A stretch of 64,000 nt of DNA, taken from NCBI GenBank assembly GCA_964252035.1, contig OZ176210.1, one strand, 5' to 3'. A model generated the notes under the pieces. The model saw only the letters and a program-made list of their open reading frames with translations, did not search any database and was not told where the DNA came from. Source of the stretch: Podarcis erhardii. Taxonomy: Eukaryota. Both the position numbers and the translations under genes were made by a program. Below, piece after piece: positions 62,668 to 64,000 of this stretch; position 1 is the stretch's first letter, and each line of letters opens with the position of its first letter.

Positions 62668-64000
62668 GTGAGTTCATTTGAGCAGCTTGCTGTCTTATCT
62701 TCTAGACCTATAATCTGCTTGATTAGCATTAGAAGATATAAAATCCTCAGAAACATATGAGTGATACCTTAAATCCTGGGATATAACTAATTCAGCACCA
62801 CTGCATCTCTCAAACATTAAAGGGATTTCCCCCTTGAAAAGGGGAATTCAAAGCTGTTGCATAATTTTGGAAGGGGAAAAAAAAAAGTGACACAATCCTT
62901 ATTGAGGGGTGCCAGCCTTAAATCCAACACCTCTAAAATACATTTAATGTATTTATTTCTATACCATTTACAGGCTCCCAAAGTGGCTTGCATTAATATG
63001 TGAGTACAGGGCTGAATCCAAGGCAAGCATAATGGAACTTTTATTCCTTTTCACTCCTCCCCCCCCCTCACACCATCTCCAGAACTGCTCCAGAAAGTTG
63101 GAGAAACCCCAAAAACAGATTTGGGGGGCATGCAGAGTGGGAGAGAGGGAAGAGGAAGTTGCATTGCACTCATAAAAGTGAATACTGCTTATGCACTGGA
63201 TATAACCCAGTGCCTTGAAATGTACTGTTGCAAGCCACCCCAATCTCATGAGTGGTGCAAGATTCCAGGTTTTCCAGCACTTACCCAGAGTGTTGGTTTC
63301 TTTTTGGAATGAGGCACAGCAGAGACTGTGGTATTTTTAGGATACATGGTTTGTTTACACATATAAACAACCTGAGCCTACAATGGTGGGATTCACAGCA
63401 TTAATGCCCCCAAAGGATCTTGTTTCTCTCATGGCCATAGCCTTGGATTCCAACAGATATCAAATATTGCTGTATTTGTCTTCTGCTTGCTACTCTTCTT
63501 CTAGGTCACATCACTTCAAAACTCTGTACTCCAAATTGTGGCCTTGTTTGTTGAGGGAGGAGGCCCCACCCATTTGCCATCTCATCGCCCCGGCTATCAC
63601 CTCACCAGGAGCTTAGCCTGCCTATTCCAAGAAGTAGAAGACTTGATTAAATTCTAACACTTGTTGGACCCAGGAATTAGAAGGGTCTGGCACATAGCTT
63701 AACACCCGAAACCCCTAACAGTATTACAAAAAGGAAGTGACCAGAATACCTATGTTCCATTTAAAACAAAATGTTTTGGCTCTGAAGTTTCCTTGACTAT
63801 TACTACAGTGTTTCTCTGATTATATTCAAGTAATCATCATATGTTTCTGTTGTTAAAACGCAAATTAATATTATCAAGGCTGAAATAGAATTAGATTTCT
63901 AGCTAGGCTACAGGCTTCATTATTCACCTGTATTATAGCTTGCAAACCTATCCAAGCCAATGACCATTACTTTAATCAGCTAAAGTGTCATCCTATGTGA

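Noticed and set aside
63380-63620. Possible old CR1 ORF2 fragment on the minus strand
   Set aside because: Similarity is limited to a short ggccacaatttggagtac motif, which is too degraded to call.
58148-64000. Canonical next MCTP1 exon (TMLMRKSWKRSSK-like, from memory)
   Set aside because: Not found in the window. It presumably lies downstream.

Overview
Vertebrate genomic DNA, almost certainly from a squamate and probably a lacertid lizard, judged from Sauria SINEs, a Squam3-type SINE and BovB LINEs. The window holds the 5' part of MCTP1 (multiple C2 and transmembrane domain protein 1) on the + strand. Exon 1 lies in a CpG island (CDS 3553-4308), followed by a 46-kb intron 1 and exons 2-5, which encode the complete C2A domain. 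All splice phases are consistent, and the gene continues past the window. The introns are dense in mobile DNA: Sauria SINEs, BovB, L2, CR1 and L1 fragments, six Tc1/mariner-type MITEs, four hAT MITEs with exact 8-bp TSDs, and two solo LTRs. There are no rRNA, tRNA or CRISPR features, and most ORFs in the supplied track are spurious. I cannot demonstrate a wholly new system. The best leads concern MCTP1 isoform control: (1) an internal first exon for a short isoform, with upstream ATGs in all three frames; (2) a frame-preserving 45/48-nt cassette exon behind an RBFOX-motif cluster; (3) a rearranged BovB forming a perfect 64-bp hairpin in intron 3; (4) an inverted BovB pair bracketing exons 2-3; (5) two antisense solo LTRs. 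All coordinates were counted by hand. Family and orthologue assignments come from remembered sequences, not from database searches.
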